A stretch of DNA of 64,000 bases, taken from assembly GCA_001244265.2 (NCBI GenBank), contig CDLV01000006.1, positions 496,001 through 560,000 of the forward strand, written 5' to 3'. Below, piece by piece: positions 48,402 through 61,702 of the stretch (position 1 is the first letter of the stretch; each line of letters opens with the position of its first letter). This DNA is from Microbotryum violaceum. Its lineage: Eukaryota. Made by a program: the position numbers and the translations under genes. The notes below the pieces were generated by a model that worked only from the letters and a program-made list of their open reading frames with translations, made no database searches and was not told the DNA's origin.

Positions 48402-48990
48402 CCAAAGTGGAATGAATGGACGATGGCATGACGGGAGAGGTGTCGTCGCTGGGCGCTGAGCGAAAGGCATAAGGGACCGAAACACGGCGACGCAGCGGAC
48501 GGGTCGGCGGTACGTGCGGTAATAGGAGAAGGCGGCGATACGAGGGCCGAGCTGCGACAAGGGATATCGGCTTGCCTCGGCCCGAGGGAAGATCGGCGCC
48601 TCCGCCCCCACATCGTGCGAACGTGCGTTTGGTGGCCATGCACGTTCGTTCTAGATTAGTTCGATTATATATTCGAGCATGATATCTAACTGGGATCGGC
48701 TATTCCCAATCTGGGTGGCGGAAACAGAGGTTGCACACTGGAGAATCCCAAACGAGTAAAGTCAAAAAATCGGTCCCCGGTGCAGCTGGTCGGTCTCGAC
48801 GTGATTGAAACACATGGGACCCAAAAGGTTCCGCGGTATTTCCCTGATCGAGGTCAAGGGTTTGTTCGAGTCCGTCCGCATGACGATGTCCATGTGCGTG
48901 CGTCACTTGCCTCGAAGTCGCCGTCCAAATGGATTTGACCCGGGTGTTTTGTCATCGTTCGGATCCACTGAGCTAGCCAAATCCTCGTGA

Positions 48991-49753
48991 TCAAATGTGA
49001 TCAACCGGTCGTACGTTGGGTTCCAACCATCCCGGGTTGGGCCAGACCTGGTGCACCGTAACAAATGAAGACTTGCAACCGCATCAGCTCAAAAATCCTT
49101 CTCCTTCTCCCAACATTGTCCCACTTTTCACCAGGTATCCTCGAAAAAGGAAACCTACCCTAGCCACAACCTTCCCTCTCAACAATCCCAGCGGGACAGG
49201 TCCATAATCTCTCGAATCGATCGAGTTGCTCATATTATCCCCGGCCAACCAAACATGTCCTTTCGGGACCTCGCAATACTCGACTTTGCCCAACCTCCGT
49301 TCCCCGCTCGGGTCGACGCATATGCTATCCCCTGGGACACCAATGACGCGTTTGAGGATTTGGTGGGACGGGTCCAAGGGTGAGATGGCAGAGACGAGGG
49401 TGCCTCGGGCCGGGGCGGATAGACGGAGAAGAAGAGGAGAGTTGAGGATGTAGTTGCCTCGATGGGATAGAGTCGGGTACATTGATGCTCCGGAGCACTG
49501 GGGAGGACATTCGACATTGTTGAGTGGGACAATGACAGCGACTTGTACTCAAGACGAGGACCTCACGGGACGAATCTCGAAAATGTACTCGTTGAAGAGG
49601 TGCACGCCGCAAATGACCTGCAGTCCCGTCACGCGACGACGACGTCAGCTCCAGACCACTACACAAGATGGGCAAACATACCTGAGCAGTCCGAATACAG
49701 AATCTCCCCACTTTCCTCGCATCGAGCCTGCTCGCTCTCGTCTTGATCGACAT
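48991..49753 (-). CDS. IMP1: Mitochondrial inner membrane peptidase subunit 1 (peptidase S26)
   Basis: Catalytic Ser in CSGASMYPTL and Lys in ILKRVIGVPGD; VPKGHVWLAGDNMSNSIDSRDYGPVPLGL; last exon VWPNPGWL...*. Confidence 0.9.
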
Positions 49754-50039
49754 GCTCCGTTGATCGGATTCCAAGCGAGAAAGGAAGGCTGCCGACGTGG
49801 GGTGGGGTCACGGGGGTGGACGAACGAGAGGGCCTCACACGGGATCGCGCGGATCGACTGCCGGCTGGCTCAGCTCGAGGTAAGCCCAAACATTTAGTTG
49901 CAATTTCGAATGATCATGATCGTGTTGTAGGAAGAAGGGAAAGACAGAGAAAACACATGCTATGCAACAGAAAAGAGAACGGAACGAAGATGTTAAAGAA
50001 AGACGCAAGAAGAGTGCCACTTCCCCCCGGGTGTGTCGA

Positions 50040-53000
50040 TCATTGGTCCGTCTCATCCGGCCCGACCGAATCCCCCTCATCAAGTTCATGCTCCCAGTTC
50101 AACCACTCGCCATACATATTTGGTGTCTCTCCCCGGATAAAAGCCTCGAACGTCCTCTTCAACACCGCGCTCCAACTCAAATCCTTCGCATCCTCCTCAA
50201 CATCCTCATCGGCCCATTCCATGCTCTCGAAATCCTTCTCGTCGTCACCCCATTTCGGAATAGGGATCGCTTGCTTCTCCTCCCCTTTCTTTCTCCCTTT
50301 GCCACTGTCCCCACCCTCACGCTCCTCGGAAGCCTCCTCCATACTCTCTAGTTGGGCTTTTCTCACTCGTCCCCTTGCGATCCTCTCACCCTTGACGAAC
50401 CTCTCCCCCAAATCAGGCCAATTCCTCGCCGCATCGAACGGGATCCACCAGAAGTTGTGGAAGTGATACGAGAAGGCGCCCTTGAAGAAACCGTCGAACC
50501 CGAGCGCGTTGGGAGCGGCGTTCGTTTCAGCGGGGGTTTCGAAGAAGTCCTCAAAGCGTTGGAAGTAAGGGAACGCGGGGCGGTCTCGTTGGTAGTATTC
50601 GCTGTGTTGGGGGTTCAAGACGGTCGTCGCGTGTCAATTTCCAGATCACGGTCGTCAGGGAACCAGGAGTTCCGTCGCACTTACGTGTTCAACCAAGCCG
50701 GATCGAACAACGCATCAGGCAACCTCAACAACAACCCTTCAACTCCCGCATCCTTGGTATACCGACTGATGGTCATGGGATGGAAATCCAAATCGTTCGC
50801 GACCGCGGTCCTAAACAAGAAATTGCCCAAGGCCGATCCTCTTTGCATTTTGAGAACAGCCGTGTTGTACTTTTCCAACCTCGACCATCGGTACGCGAAC
50901 GCGCCGTGCCAGTTGAACAATTCTTCCCAATCGCGCAAGAGGATCGTATCGGCGTCGAGGTAGACGCCTCCGAAGCGGTGGGTCAGGACGAAACGCGCCA
51001 TATCGGAAAGGACAACGGTCAATCGATCGTACTTGTGACTCGTCGATCCGACCCTCTCGAACAATTCGTCCTTATTCGTCGACGATGTTGGACTTGAAGC
51101 TTGCGTCGCATTCCCAGTCGAAGTCCCTACCATTGTCGAGTTGGCCTCAAGTTCCCTCGCTTTGGCCAATTTGGCCTCGGCTTGTACAACATTAGGATCG
51201 GCATCAGGAGCGGCGGCATCGACGACCTCCTTTTCCGCTTCCAGCACCTTGTCCTCCCTATCGTCAACGACGAGTTGAGCATCCCCGCTCCCATCGGCAT
51301 TCGACCTCTTCTTCTCCTCACCATTGACCTTGTCCCCCGCTTTAGCCAAAGGATTGGCACCGTACTTGACCCCACCTGAATTGAACAGGCCCATCTCCCT
51401 CCACCCTTTCATTTCCTCGACCCCATCCAATTGTTCGGTCGTATTCCACAACCTGAACTTGACGACGTCGCCGAACCGAGGGTGCAACAAAGGCGCGGAC
51501 CAAGGGTTGTTGGCGAGGTCCTTCCTCATTTTCGAAACGGCGTGTTGGTCGGGGAGACTCGAGGCCGCGCCGGGGTTGATCCAGATCCAAAGTTGGGGAC
51601 GACAGACGTTGGGCTCGGGTTTTAAGCCCATCTTGCGATCGAGGCCGAGGTGTTGGGTGTAGAGGAACGACAAGGCGGCTGAGTAAGGCTTGTCCGTGAA
51701 GGGGCCGGCCCAGAAGATGTGGAAAAGATGCGGGTAGTCAGGGTCGCACGCTGAATCGGCGGTAGGGTGAGAAGAGTGGCGTTTTCGAGCGACGCGAACA
51801 AAATCGGGATCGTCCTGCGCCGGTGAGGCTTGGGCCGATGCCGCCGTCAACGTCAGCTGTTGTCGACTCGCCAAAGCCGCTTCGAAAGCCGATGCCGTAG
51901 AGTTGAGCAAGGCCGTCATGTCCGCTCGATGCCTCTCGACGACCTCCCTAGCCAACCTCGTCGATCCCGTCGAACGAGCGAGTGAAGGGGCGAGCGAGAT
52001 GAACGTCGTTCGCCACGCCGACATGTCCCCCCTCCTCAGCGGTGTCTCCAACCCTCCGTTGATCCTTAACACCTCGAGACAGTCGCGTACGTATCGCCGT
52101 GTCGAAAAGTCGCAATGGTCCATGACGACGTCCATGTCGAGGGCCGAACCGACCAGCGGTCGCGGTGGGTAGGAACGACGTTTCCCCCCTCCCGCTAGAG
52201 GCAATTTGATGTATTCTCGTCCAGGACCGATCGGAAATAACTCGGCTCTGGGTGGCGTGGTGATCTGTGCATCCTGCGGATGCTCCTTGGGCGACGAAAT
52301 CTTGCCCGCTGCCGTCGTTTCCGCCTCGGCACGTAACCTCGCAGGCTCCCTCTCCTTCGTCAGCTGTTCCGATGTTTTGCGTGCCAATCCAGGGTTTTCG
52401 ATCTTGATCGACCGCACCGGTTCAACCTCCTCCCCACTCCTAGAAGGCACCTCAACTTGCACCAACGGCCCATCAACGGGTCGCGACGACGGGTAATTCC
52501 CACTCGCAATCTCCCACCTCCACACGCGTTCAATTTCGTCCGAATCAAAGACCAAAGTCGACGGTTCGCTCGATGGGTACGAGTCCTTGTGGAAGAAGAG
52601 TCGCGCAAGTGGTCGGACCATCCATTTGAACCCTAGAAGTACGAGCAGGAAACACGCCAAGGCGGTGCCCAGAATGGCGATGATGATCCTGAGTGCCGAG
52701 GTTGGTGTCGTCGCGACCGATGAGTTCGTTCCGTTCGATCCTACGGCGCCGATGTCACTGTTTGCCCTCCTCTTGGTCAAACTCAGATAGCCCGAAGACG
52801 AGGCGGCCCCCGTTCGTAGAAATGGCCACGGTCTCGAAGGATGTAGCAAGGTAAAGACGGGGATGACGAGTTCTCGCGGTGAGCCGGAGGAGGCTGAGCC
52901 GAACGCGGGCGGTGCTCTACTGCCGAGCGGTATGCGCACGGGGGTGAACAGTCTTGATATCCTTGGTGGTTGACGGTAATTTTGTACATTCGCGTACGAG

Positions 53001-53140
53001 AGCGCGATCTTCTCGGCGACGGCGCCGAGTGGGGGGGAGCTGCCGCCGAAGCGGTTCGGAGTCGAGGCGCCGGAGCGGGGCGGGGTAGTGAAGGTCGGCA
53101 GCTGAGGTGAGGCCGGACGACTGAGCGAGTGGATCGCCAT
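50040..53140 (-). CDS. Glycosyltransferase family 32 (DXD) type II membrane protein, 2 exons
   Basis: TM IIIAILGTALACFLLVLLGF; FHIFWAGPFTDKPY; SDMARFVLTHRFGGVYLDAD; YNTAVL; LFDPAWLN; YHFHNFWW in the second exon. Confidence 0.88.
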
Positions 53141-53341
53141 TGTGGTAATCGTAGTTCAGATGCAAAAACGGGTCAGGGTGTGACGGTGCACGGTGGGCGT
53201 GGTGAGCGTGGTGTGGTAGGGTGGGGCGTCTGTGTCTGTGTGGTTGCAGAGGGTCCGAGCTCGAGAAAGCGGTTCGAGCGCTGCGAACGTCGAGCGACGG
53301 ATGCGATCGACCGAACGCCCGCGCCGGCTATTAGGGGTCGT

Positions 53342-53410
53342 CAGGAGAAGCAGGAGAAGCAGGAGAAGCAGGAGAAGCAGGGGAAGCAAAAGAAGCAGGA
53401 GAAGCAAGAA
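53342..53410. repeat. (CAGGAGAAG)n 9-bp tandem array upstream of GT32
   Basis: About 7 imperfect copies read directly. Nearby arrays: (CTCGTG)n at ~53493-53523 and (CTTCCCC)n at ~53682-53730. Confidence 0.85.
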
Positions 53411-53995
53411 AAGCGCTTTGTCTTGGACAGATGGACCTGGTTCCCAACAGAACAGGAGGTGCGGTCAGTACACAGTAAGGTCGAGCGTTGAGCTCGTGCT
53501 CGCTCGTGCTCGCTCGTGCTCGTCTGCCCGCAGCATCGAACACCCGACATCCTCGATCGAACTGAGCGACATGCACAAACACAAAACTCCGCCGCACCAC
53601 TTGGGAACGAGTGGCCCAACCCCCAGCAGAGCAGAAGCAGCTCTACGTGATTTGGTTCGATCAAGGCATCATCTCCAATTGCTTCCCTTCCCCCTTCCCC
53701 CTTCCCGCTTCCCCCTTCCCCCTTCCCCCTGCTAGCCCTGCTCCCTCCCCTCTCTCCCCGCATCGCACGGGCCTTCCCCTCCGGCCCATTTCTCTGGGCG
53801 ACCAGCGACACGCTAACTAACCCAATTCCAAAGCTCACCTCTTTCTGTGTAAGGTGTATCGAGCGTAACCAGTCGTTTCCCTCCTGCTTCCTCGCGGGGT
53901 CCACGGCGTCGATGGCCCTCTGTGGCCTTGCGGAGTGGTGTGGGGTGCTTGTCTTGGAAAGAGGTCGGTGACAGGTGTCGGTGACGAACCTCAAA

Positions 53996-54037
53996 CTGCA
54001 CGCTGCACGCTGCACGCTACACGCTGCACGCTGCACG
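53996..54037. repeat. (CTGCACG)6 tandem repeat
   Basis: Six 7-bp copies, one of them variant, read directly. Confidence 0.85.
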
Positions 54038-54502
54038 CGCGACAGTTTTTGGTGGAGGTGTGGAGACGCAGTTGCTGTGCAAGTGAGAAAGAGAACGAAA
54101 GTGAGAGCAAGACCGCGCGCGTGTTCACGCTAATGCTTGCTCGCGTTCGCCCAGGTTCGCCAGTGGTTCTAGTGGTTCGCCAGCCTGGCAGGGTTCACCC
54201 CAGTTTCATCGCGTAGGTTCAGTACGGCCCACGGCGATGTGTTCACGTGGTGGCCGACATGGCGGAGGTGGTCGACAAAGTGACAGTGTGAAAGTAGGGG
54301 GTATATTACTCTTCTTCTTTGGGGGAATAAGGCACTACATGCAAACAACAACCTTGCGAAAACATCCCGCATTTGTAGAATAGCACACAAAGGTGTGCGA
54401 CGAACGACGAACGATCGATCGGTCGACGTCCCCCTCTTCATGCCTTCCATTTTTCTACTTTTGGTGCTCCTTCTTCTGCTTTATCACATCAAACGCCGGT
54501 CG

Positions 54503-56137
54503 TCAAGGATCGCCTGCGTTCCGAATCAACATCCCTGTCGCAGAAAACGAGGTCAGTCAAACGGGACCACCCCCACCAGCCAAACCACCCAAACTCACGA
54601 ATGTTATTCAAGAACGCCTGCACCATATCCAAATACCGATTCTCCCCCCCTTCCAACTCCTTCTCCTTCTCCACCAACAGTTTTTTCACATCGACGAACT
54701 CGACTTCCAATTCGTGCAGGATCGGCTTGTTGGGTTGCGAGACTTGGGTCAGATCGATTTGGAACCCTTGGTGCGTATAGGTCATGCGGTCTTTGAAGCG
54801 GGTCAGGTGGGCGTTGGGTGCGGAATGGGGGGGGAGCGTAGCTGGACGGGATGGAAGGTAGATTAGCGAACGAGGTCGGGGGGGTTTTTTTTTCCGCAAA
54901 AGCGAACGAAGGAACTCACCCGGCAATTCGGTACTAACCGAAATCCTCCAATCAAAGCACCTCTTTGGACTTGCGATGTTCATATCCGCCAACCTCGTCT
55001 TCTCCACCACCCTCAACACCTTCCCTTCCAAACCCTTCCCCTGTGTCGTCACGCGAACCTTTCCGCCTCCTCCATGGGGTGAGTTGTGGAATGAGTCCGT
55101 TTCCCGTGTGTGCACGTATCGAACGGGGGAGGTGAGACAACCCTCGGAGGCGGATTCTTCCACGCGCGAGTTGAGAAGGACGTTGTATGATTTGTGTTGG
55201 TTCTGCAGCAAGGGAGATTGGGTCGTTTTTTAGCCAAACATTGAGCCACCTTGGTGGTGGGATTTCGGGACTGACGAGGGTCATGTTGCTGACGAAGCGC
55301 GTGTTGGAATCGTCCATGATGACTGCAAAGAAGAGATTATGCAATCAGCACCATCATTCTTCTCCAATAGAGCTCGACCCTCGAGGACTGACTGTGCTCG
55401 ATCGGCGTTGGCAAGCTGAACCGGGTCTGGTTCTTGTACCTTATATCGACCAGTAGGCCCACCTTGGCTTCAATCTGACCACCCAAGTGATGCATTGTTA
55501 GCGACAACCCTTCCCCCATCTTCGGTTGGGAGAACTGACCTCGACAACGTTCCAATCCAAACCCTGACAGAAACCCCATAACCAGTCCGCGACCTCCCGC
55601 GTGAACTCGTCGATCGGCTCGACGTTGAAAATACTCGGTTCCAACGTGTTCTGTGGTGGCGGTGATGGTGGCGGTGGTTTGGGTTTCGGCATGGGAGCTG
55701 GTGGGGGAATGGGTGCGGGTGCTGCTATTGTTCCCAAGGCTGGGGCTGTAGCCAGGCCGGAGGACGAGGTCGGTCGACTGTTGGACGTGGCCGAGCTGAT
55801 GGAAGCTGACCTAGACCGTTGTGGTGATGGAGCGGCGTAGAGTTGGGATGAGGAAGGGAAAGGGAGGGAGGGAGATCGGGAAAGATGAGCGGTCGTCGGT
55901 GTGATGGACGAAGCGGGGCGGGTCGAACTCGGCGGTCGCATCGGCGCGACTGCTGTGCTCGATGCGCTTGCGGTCGGCGTATGCGAGCGTTGTCCGAGTC
56001 CAAAAGGGCTGTGGTGCGTCGCCGACGTTGACGACGAGTTGGCATCGTACGAATCCACTCTGGCCCTCTTGCGGTGGGAGTAGTCCTCCGTGGGTGGAGA
56101 AGGGCCACCGGCCGGCTCGACCTGCGGATGCGGTGGG

Positions 56138-56175
<38 letters not shown>

Positions 56176-56358
56176 TCCGCAGCGGTCCAGCGAGTCCGAC
56201 CCCGATCCCGGTTCAGTCGGTTCGACGGAGAAGTAATTGTCCAGTCGATTCGAACTCGAGGATGGGTCGTGCGATAAGTCTGTATCGTGGCCTTCGTCGT
56301 GGTCGTTCAACAACAGGCTGATGGACGGCGACTGGCTTGGGCGACGGACGGGAGTCAT
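54503..56358 (-). CDS. CET1: mRNA-capping RNA 5'-triphosphatase (Cet1, CYTH fold)
   Basis: LEPSIFNVEPIDEFTREVADWL; metal-binding motif A E/IEAKVG; ETDSFH; KVRVT; FDWRISVSTE; RFKDRMTY...IDLTQV; motif C HELEVEF. Low-complexity N-terminus with polyQ. Confidence 0.92.
56138..56175 (-). repeat. (CAG)n polyglutamine tract in the Cet1 N-terminus
   Basis: About 12 Gln codons with one CAA interruption. Confidence 0.9.
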
Positions 56359-57126
56359 GCTTTTCGGTGGGTGGGTGCGAGTGGGTGTCGGTGTGGTGAT
56401 GTGGGCCTGTGAACGTTCTAGGCAAGGCGGCGTGTTTGGTGACAGAGGAAGAAACTCTCGAGTGCGTTTCTCCTCCTCTTCCTCAGTCCGTTCGATGCGC
56501 GATAGCGTGCCCAGGAGAGGGAAACGAGACGTGCGAGCGCCCGGGTATCGGTGCGGGACACAAAAAAACGCGTGACCTCTGACCAGCTGATGGGGTAAGA
56601 GCCGGAAGCGGGGGAAGAGGAGCAACTTTGCCTGCGATCGGCGCCGCTCGGGCGTCGCAATCTCTCTCACCCGGTAATCATGCCGGGTTGCTAACCGGGA
56701 CTATTTACTAATCCGCAATTGCCGGAACGCCCTGGGCCGTTGATAACGCCCGAGTCCGTCGCTCTACATTGTACAAGAGCGCCTCGACCTGCACTCGATC
56801 AGTCCTTGTGGCGCAGATGAGGTGGCGGGGTTTGTAAGAAATTCATGTGGAAAGCGGAGATAGCCTGGTCCATATGCATTGCGAACCGAAGATGTGCCCC
56901 ACGACTCGGAGGGATGGGTCACGTGCTCGCTAATGGCGTCCCGGACGGAGTTTGCTGGACTTGCAGCGCGAAAGCTGTAACTTACTAACGCTGCTCTGGA
57001 GAGCCAATCCGCGCCAATAGATGTCAAGCCGGCATCTGTAATCCGCAATTGCACCGTCCGATCTCCTCTCTGAGCTCGCTTCTTCCTTCCCCCCACTCAC
57101 CGGCTGTGCAAAGATCAACTTGAGCC

Positions 57127-58826
57127 ATGTCGAAAGCAGCCGAGGCGTCCAAAGACAAGGTCAGTCAGTCCCATCTCGACGACGTCGTCCACCAGCTCTG
57201 GTGCTGACCGCCTGTCCTCCTCACAGGGCAACCTCGCTTTCCGACAAGCCAACTATGCCCTCGCCCTCGCGCACTACACCACCTCGATCCAACTGGACCC
57301 CTCTTCGTACCTCTACCCTTTGAATCGATCGCTCGTGCACCTCAAGCTGAACGAATGGAGACAAGCTGAGAAGGATGCGACGGTCGCTTTGGAATTGGAT
57401 CCGGTCGAGGCGAGCAAGAAGGCGTACTACAGGAGGGCGTTGGCGAGGAAAGGGATGGCAAAGTACAAGTTGGCGATCAAAGGTATGTTCAGCCGGGACG
57501 TGGCGGCCATGCCATTGCTACGAGGGCTATGGCGATCGGTAGAGCAGCGCTGACTTGTCCAGGCTGCGATCTGCTCACCCCACTTGTACTTGGGGAGGGA
57601 GAATAGACCTCGAGCAAGCCAAGGAGGCGGGAGCACAGCCAAAAGACATCGACCAAGAGCTCAACAACATCAACAAGCTACTCCAAGACAGCGGTGCTCC
57701 AACGACGCAACATGAACTGCCCTTACCCCCACCGCCGATCCCAAACAAGCGGCCTGCCACGCCGTCCGTGAGTCGCTTACTCCTACCACTTAGAGCCCCT
57801 CGAAATCGCGCAATCTGATGGTCGAGCCGAGGACGCTCACAGGAGCTCCCGAAGACACCTTCTTCGACATCGTCGGTAGAGGAACCTACGTCTGAACCCC
57901 CACCACCCCCACCGCCCGCCCAACCCTTCGGATCGAGTAAATCCGCTGCTCCTTCCAAAGATCGACTCAAAGCAGCCCTCGCACCCCGGCCTACGTCTTC
58001 AACGAAGAAGGAGAAAGAGAGTGTCCCTACTCTCAGTTTTGAGACCAAGTCGACAAAGCCGAAGCCCTCGGGGGATCTGATGACAGCCGTTTCGACGAGA
58101 TCCTTGACGCGACCGAATGCAGGCGCCGCCAATGGTGGATCGGGCAAAACGACACCGTCTTCGTTCGCTGCAAAGAAGCAAGAACGCACAAGTCGATTTG
58201 CTTCTTCGGCACCTGTCAAGCCTTCGTCCAAGACGGCACCCAACGCAGTTCCTCCCCCACCACCGGCACCGGCAACCACAGCGGCACCTCCCGCAGCGAC
58301 GGAAGCAGTAGCGCCGACCCCACCGCTGGTCGAGTCGCTTCCCAAACCACCTACGAGCACGTCTACCATTCCTCTAGTCCCACATTGGACACCCATACCA
58401 CCTTCCAAACCCATCCAACTCGCAAGCCCGCAACCCCTCCCTTCCACCCCTTCCTATAAACCCCATCCATCCTCATCCACCTTCGAACAAACCCTCTCTT
58501 CCCCGTCTCTAACCCCTTCAGGCCGCCTCACCTACCTCCGTTCAATCCCTCCTGCCACACTTCCAACCCTCCTCAAAGGAGGTGCTCTCACTCCCGATCT
58601 TCTGACCCTCATCATTCAAGCCCTTGCATCCTCCTCCATTGCCGAAACGAATATCGAACCCAACGTCGATGACTGGTTACTCAACTTCGTGCATCATCTC
58701 GCCAAAGTTGATAGGTTCGATATGAATGTCATGTTCTTGGAGGAGGCGGACAGAGAATTAGTGAGGGGGGTCTTTGATAGGGCTGAGAGGGGATTGAGAA
58801 TCAGTAAGGAAAGATGGGGGCTTTGA
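57127..58826 (+). CDS. RPAP3/SPAG1-like TPR co-chaperone (TPR + RPAP3_C-like domain)
   Basis: MSKAAEASKDK/GNLAFRQANYALALAHYT...NRSLVHLKL...KAYYRRALAR is a carboxylate-clamp TPR. A Pro-rich linker leads to the C-terminal YLRSIPPATLPTLL...LAKVDRFDMNVMFL. Confidence 0.82.
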
Positions 58827-59168
58827 AGAGGACGGAGGCGCAATAATGATAATGACGCACCTAAGAAAGTAACAATTAAAGGTAAGAATTTATAGAAGAT
58901 GGGGAGAACAAGAAAAGTATCGCATGTTTTATTCGCATCGAAATAAGGACGTGCTTTATAGTAATCAGTCTGCATAGAGCGAACACGCCATCGAGCTTTT
59001 TTGAGAAGTACAAGCGCGTGCCACCGTCGATGAAATTGGGGAATCGGAGTATGTTTGCTCGACAAAACTAGCAAACGCCAAGCAAACGCATACACGACTA
59101 TAAATACGTCTTCGCAACAGGCACCTCCCACATCTCCCTAGGATTCAATCTTGTACCACCTATCAGTT

Positions 59169-60884
59169 TCATTCCCTACCCGCATACCTCTCCGAATCAT
59201 CCTCTTCCCCAATCTCGGGTCTCCTCAATTCGTCCTTGAAAGCCCTAGTAATGATCTCCGCATCGACGGGGGATAATAAACCGACCACGGTCGGGTCTTG
59301 CATCTTTCTGTTCCCCGAACCTCCCCTTACTGCTTGATAGTCTTGATTAAAGTTGAAGGATCGGGTGCGGGAACTCAGAGATCTCCGCGGAGCTTTTGTC
59401 GCTATCGAGGTCGTGATAGGGGTGAGACTCGACGTGCCGCCCGACCGGTTCCCTTCCACCCTTTGCCCTCCCTCAGATTCGTTCAATAAACTCGGTGTAC
59501 GCTCCCCGCTATACTCTTTCCCTTCTTCGTCCTTATCCTCAGTTCCACTTCTTGAAAAACCCTCCCTAGTCCCCCGTCTTCGCCGCTTCCGAACCAGACC
59601 TAGAATGGCCAACAACAGTACGATTAAGACGCCCAAGCTGACGATAAGGGCGATTGCCCAGGAGGGGAGGGCGAGGGAAGGGCCGGGGTAAGGTTGTAGG
59701 AGGTTGTTGGAGGTGGCGGTGGGGGAGGTGAAGTTAGGATGTGAGGAGAGAGAGGTGGGGTTGGGGGAGGCGCGGGCGGCAGAGACGGCAAAGGCGGAGG
59801 CGGAGGCGGATGCCGAGAGGGAGGATAGGGAGGAAATTAGGGTTGAAGGGGCTGCTGTCTCTGTTTCATAAGATCAACGATCTTTCATCAGTCCGAGTGA
59901 TGCCAAGTGAGTGGACGGTGCCGAATCTTGCCAAGATTCAACTCACGAACGGCCGCAAAAGTCTGCTGATGCGTCTCCCCCCTATTCAACTTCGTCCCAT
60001 TGCTCACCACCACAAAGTAATACCTCCAAGTCTGATTCGTGCCCTCAACCCAACTCGTCTGATTCACAGGCCACCAATCATCATCCGGACGAATCGCGAA
60101 CATTCCTCGCGCAGTCTCGATACCGAGGTAGGAGGTGGCGAGCGTTTCCGAATCGGCTCGGTAGAGGTAAGCGTCGATCGCTCCGGAACCGATGAAGAGG
60201 GGGTATTGGGCGTTGAAGATCACTTTCGACCAGACGGATTGAACGAGGGTCGTGTTGGATTCAGGGTAGCAGGTTAAGATTGAGTTGTCGACGTAGTTGC
60301 AGTCCGGATCTGCAGAGCGGTCAAAGCGAAAGAACCGGGAGTGAATAGTATTTTATTAGCGAGGGGTCACTGTCTCTGTAGAGATGGAGAGACTTACACC
60401 CTTCGGCATAAGGAAGGCGTTTCCAGAGATCGAGATTCGCTTCGGTCGAACCCGTACTTCGTTTCCTCCGGTTAGGCTCCGTTAGAGAGGGCGAGACTTT
60501 GGTCGAGTCTGAGCCCCTCTCCGGTCGTCTAGGGACGACTTCATCCTCAGGGTCTAGTTGAGATAGACGCTCATTACGATTCCATTCGTCGTTGTCCGAT
60601 TTTTCTCGCTCTTGTTGTTGATCTCGGCTACCCAGCTCGAAGTTCCCTTGCGCCAGGGCCCGTGCACGAACGACGTCTGCGACGACGCCTATGCCAACGC
60701 CAAGCGGCGGCGGTTGGAATTGGAAGCGCCGACGAACGCCCTGAGGACTTGCTACGGCGGGAGGTGGGGTGGGAGTAGGATGTAGCGCTCGAGGTTCGGC
60801 CGTTGGTGGTGATGGGTTTGTTGGTGTTGGAGAAATGTTTGGGAAAGGCGAGGTGGAGTGAATATTCCGCGATGGCGTGGCCAT
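59169..60884 (-). CDS. Hypothetical single-pass membrane protein (3 exons, approximate)
   Basis: Spliced frames give a Cys-containing ectodomain (YPDCNYVDNSILTCYPESNTTL...YLYRADSE...YYFVVV), a Pro/Ser stalk, the TM LPSWAIALIVSLGVLIVLLLAILGLV followed by RKRRRR, and a tail containing LSPVDAEIITRAFKDELRRP. Confidence 0.65.
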
Positions 60885-61702
60885 GGTTGGACACCCGCCG
60901 TCGATGTATGCAGGGGGAGGATCGACTCGGAGGGTGCGAGCGTTCTTTGGTGGCTCCTAGATGCTCATCAACGAGCTATTGTCAGAAGGAGTGACGGTCT
61001 GACCTGGCGGTCGACGGGTGAAGATAATGGGACTCAGAAATGAAAGTCTGTGCTCATATCATGGTTTCGGAAGGGAGCACTGTTGCGCAAGAAAGAAGGG
61101 GTCGTGTTGAAGAGCGAACTGCGATGAACGAAGTGAGGCGATGCGGCCGTTACCGAGACGGTACCTGCGCATTCTCGGGGTCCGGCTAACGGCGTCAATC
61201 GACCGATCAAAAAGTCGCGATTCGCTACGGATGAGGGAAGGACCGAGCCAAATCACATTACGTATCTACTCTTTGGGTGACGCAGAAAATTAAGATCTGA
61301 AAGCAGTGGACGCCTTCGAGAAAGCACCTGTCGAAGTACCAGTAGGTGGGGTGCTTGAAGAAGGACGGTGCGGTGCGTATATTACACCGAGCATTTTTTT
61401 CAAAATACACCTGCCCCGACAGTTGGAAAGGGGCCCTTGACGACAACCCGATAAATTTGCAGCCCTCCAATGCCGACCGGGCGGCGGGCCACAAGATGCA
61501 TGCACGGCGAGAGACGGCGAGCGGGGGGCGGCACTGCCCGTCGCATAACGTCGTCGTCACTGCCAGCAGCTGACTGCAGCTGCCAGCCAACGAGCCGCTC
61601 CGTCCGCTCCCTTCCGCTCCGCCCAGCCTGCCGAACGACCGGCGACCACTCGCTCTTGCGCTGGTTCCTGTATCGTACCACATCCCTCCATCCGGACCCA
61701 AT

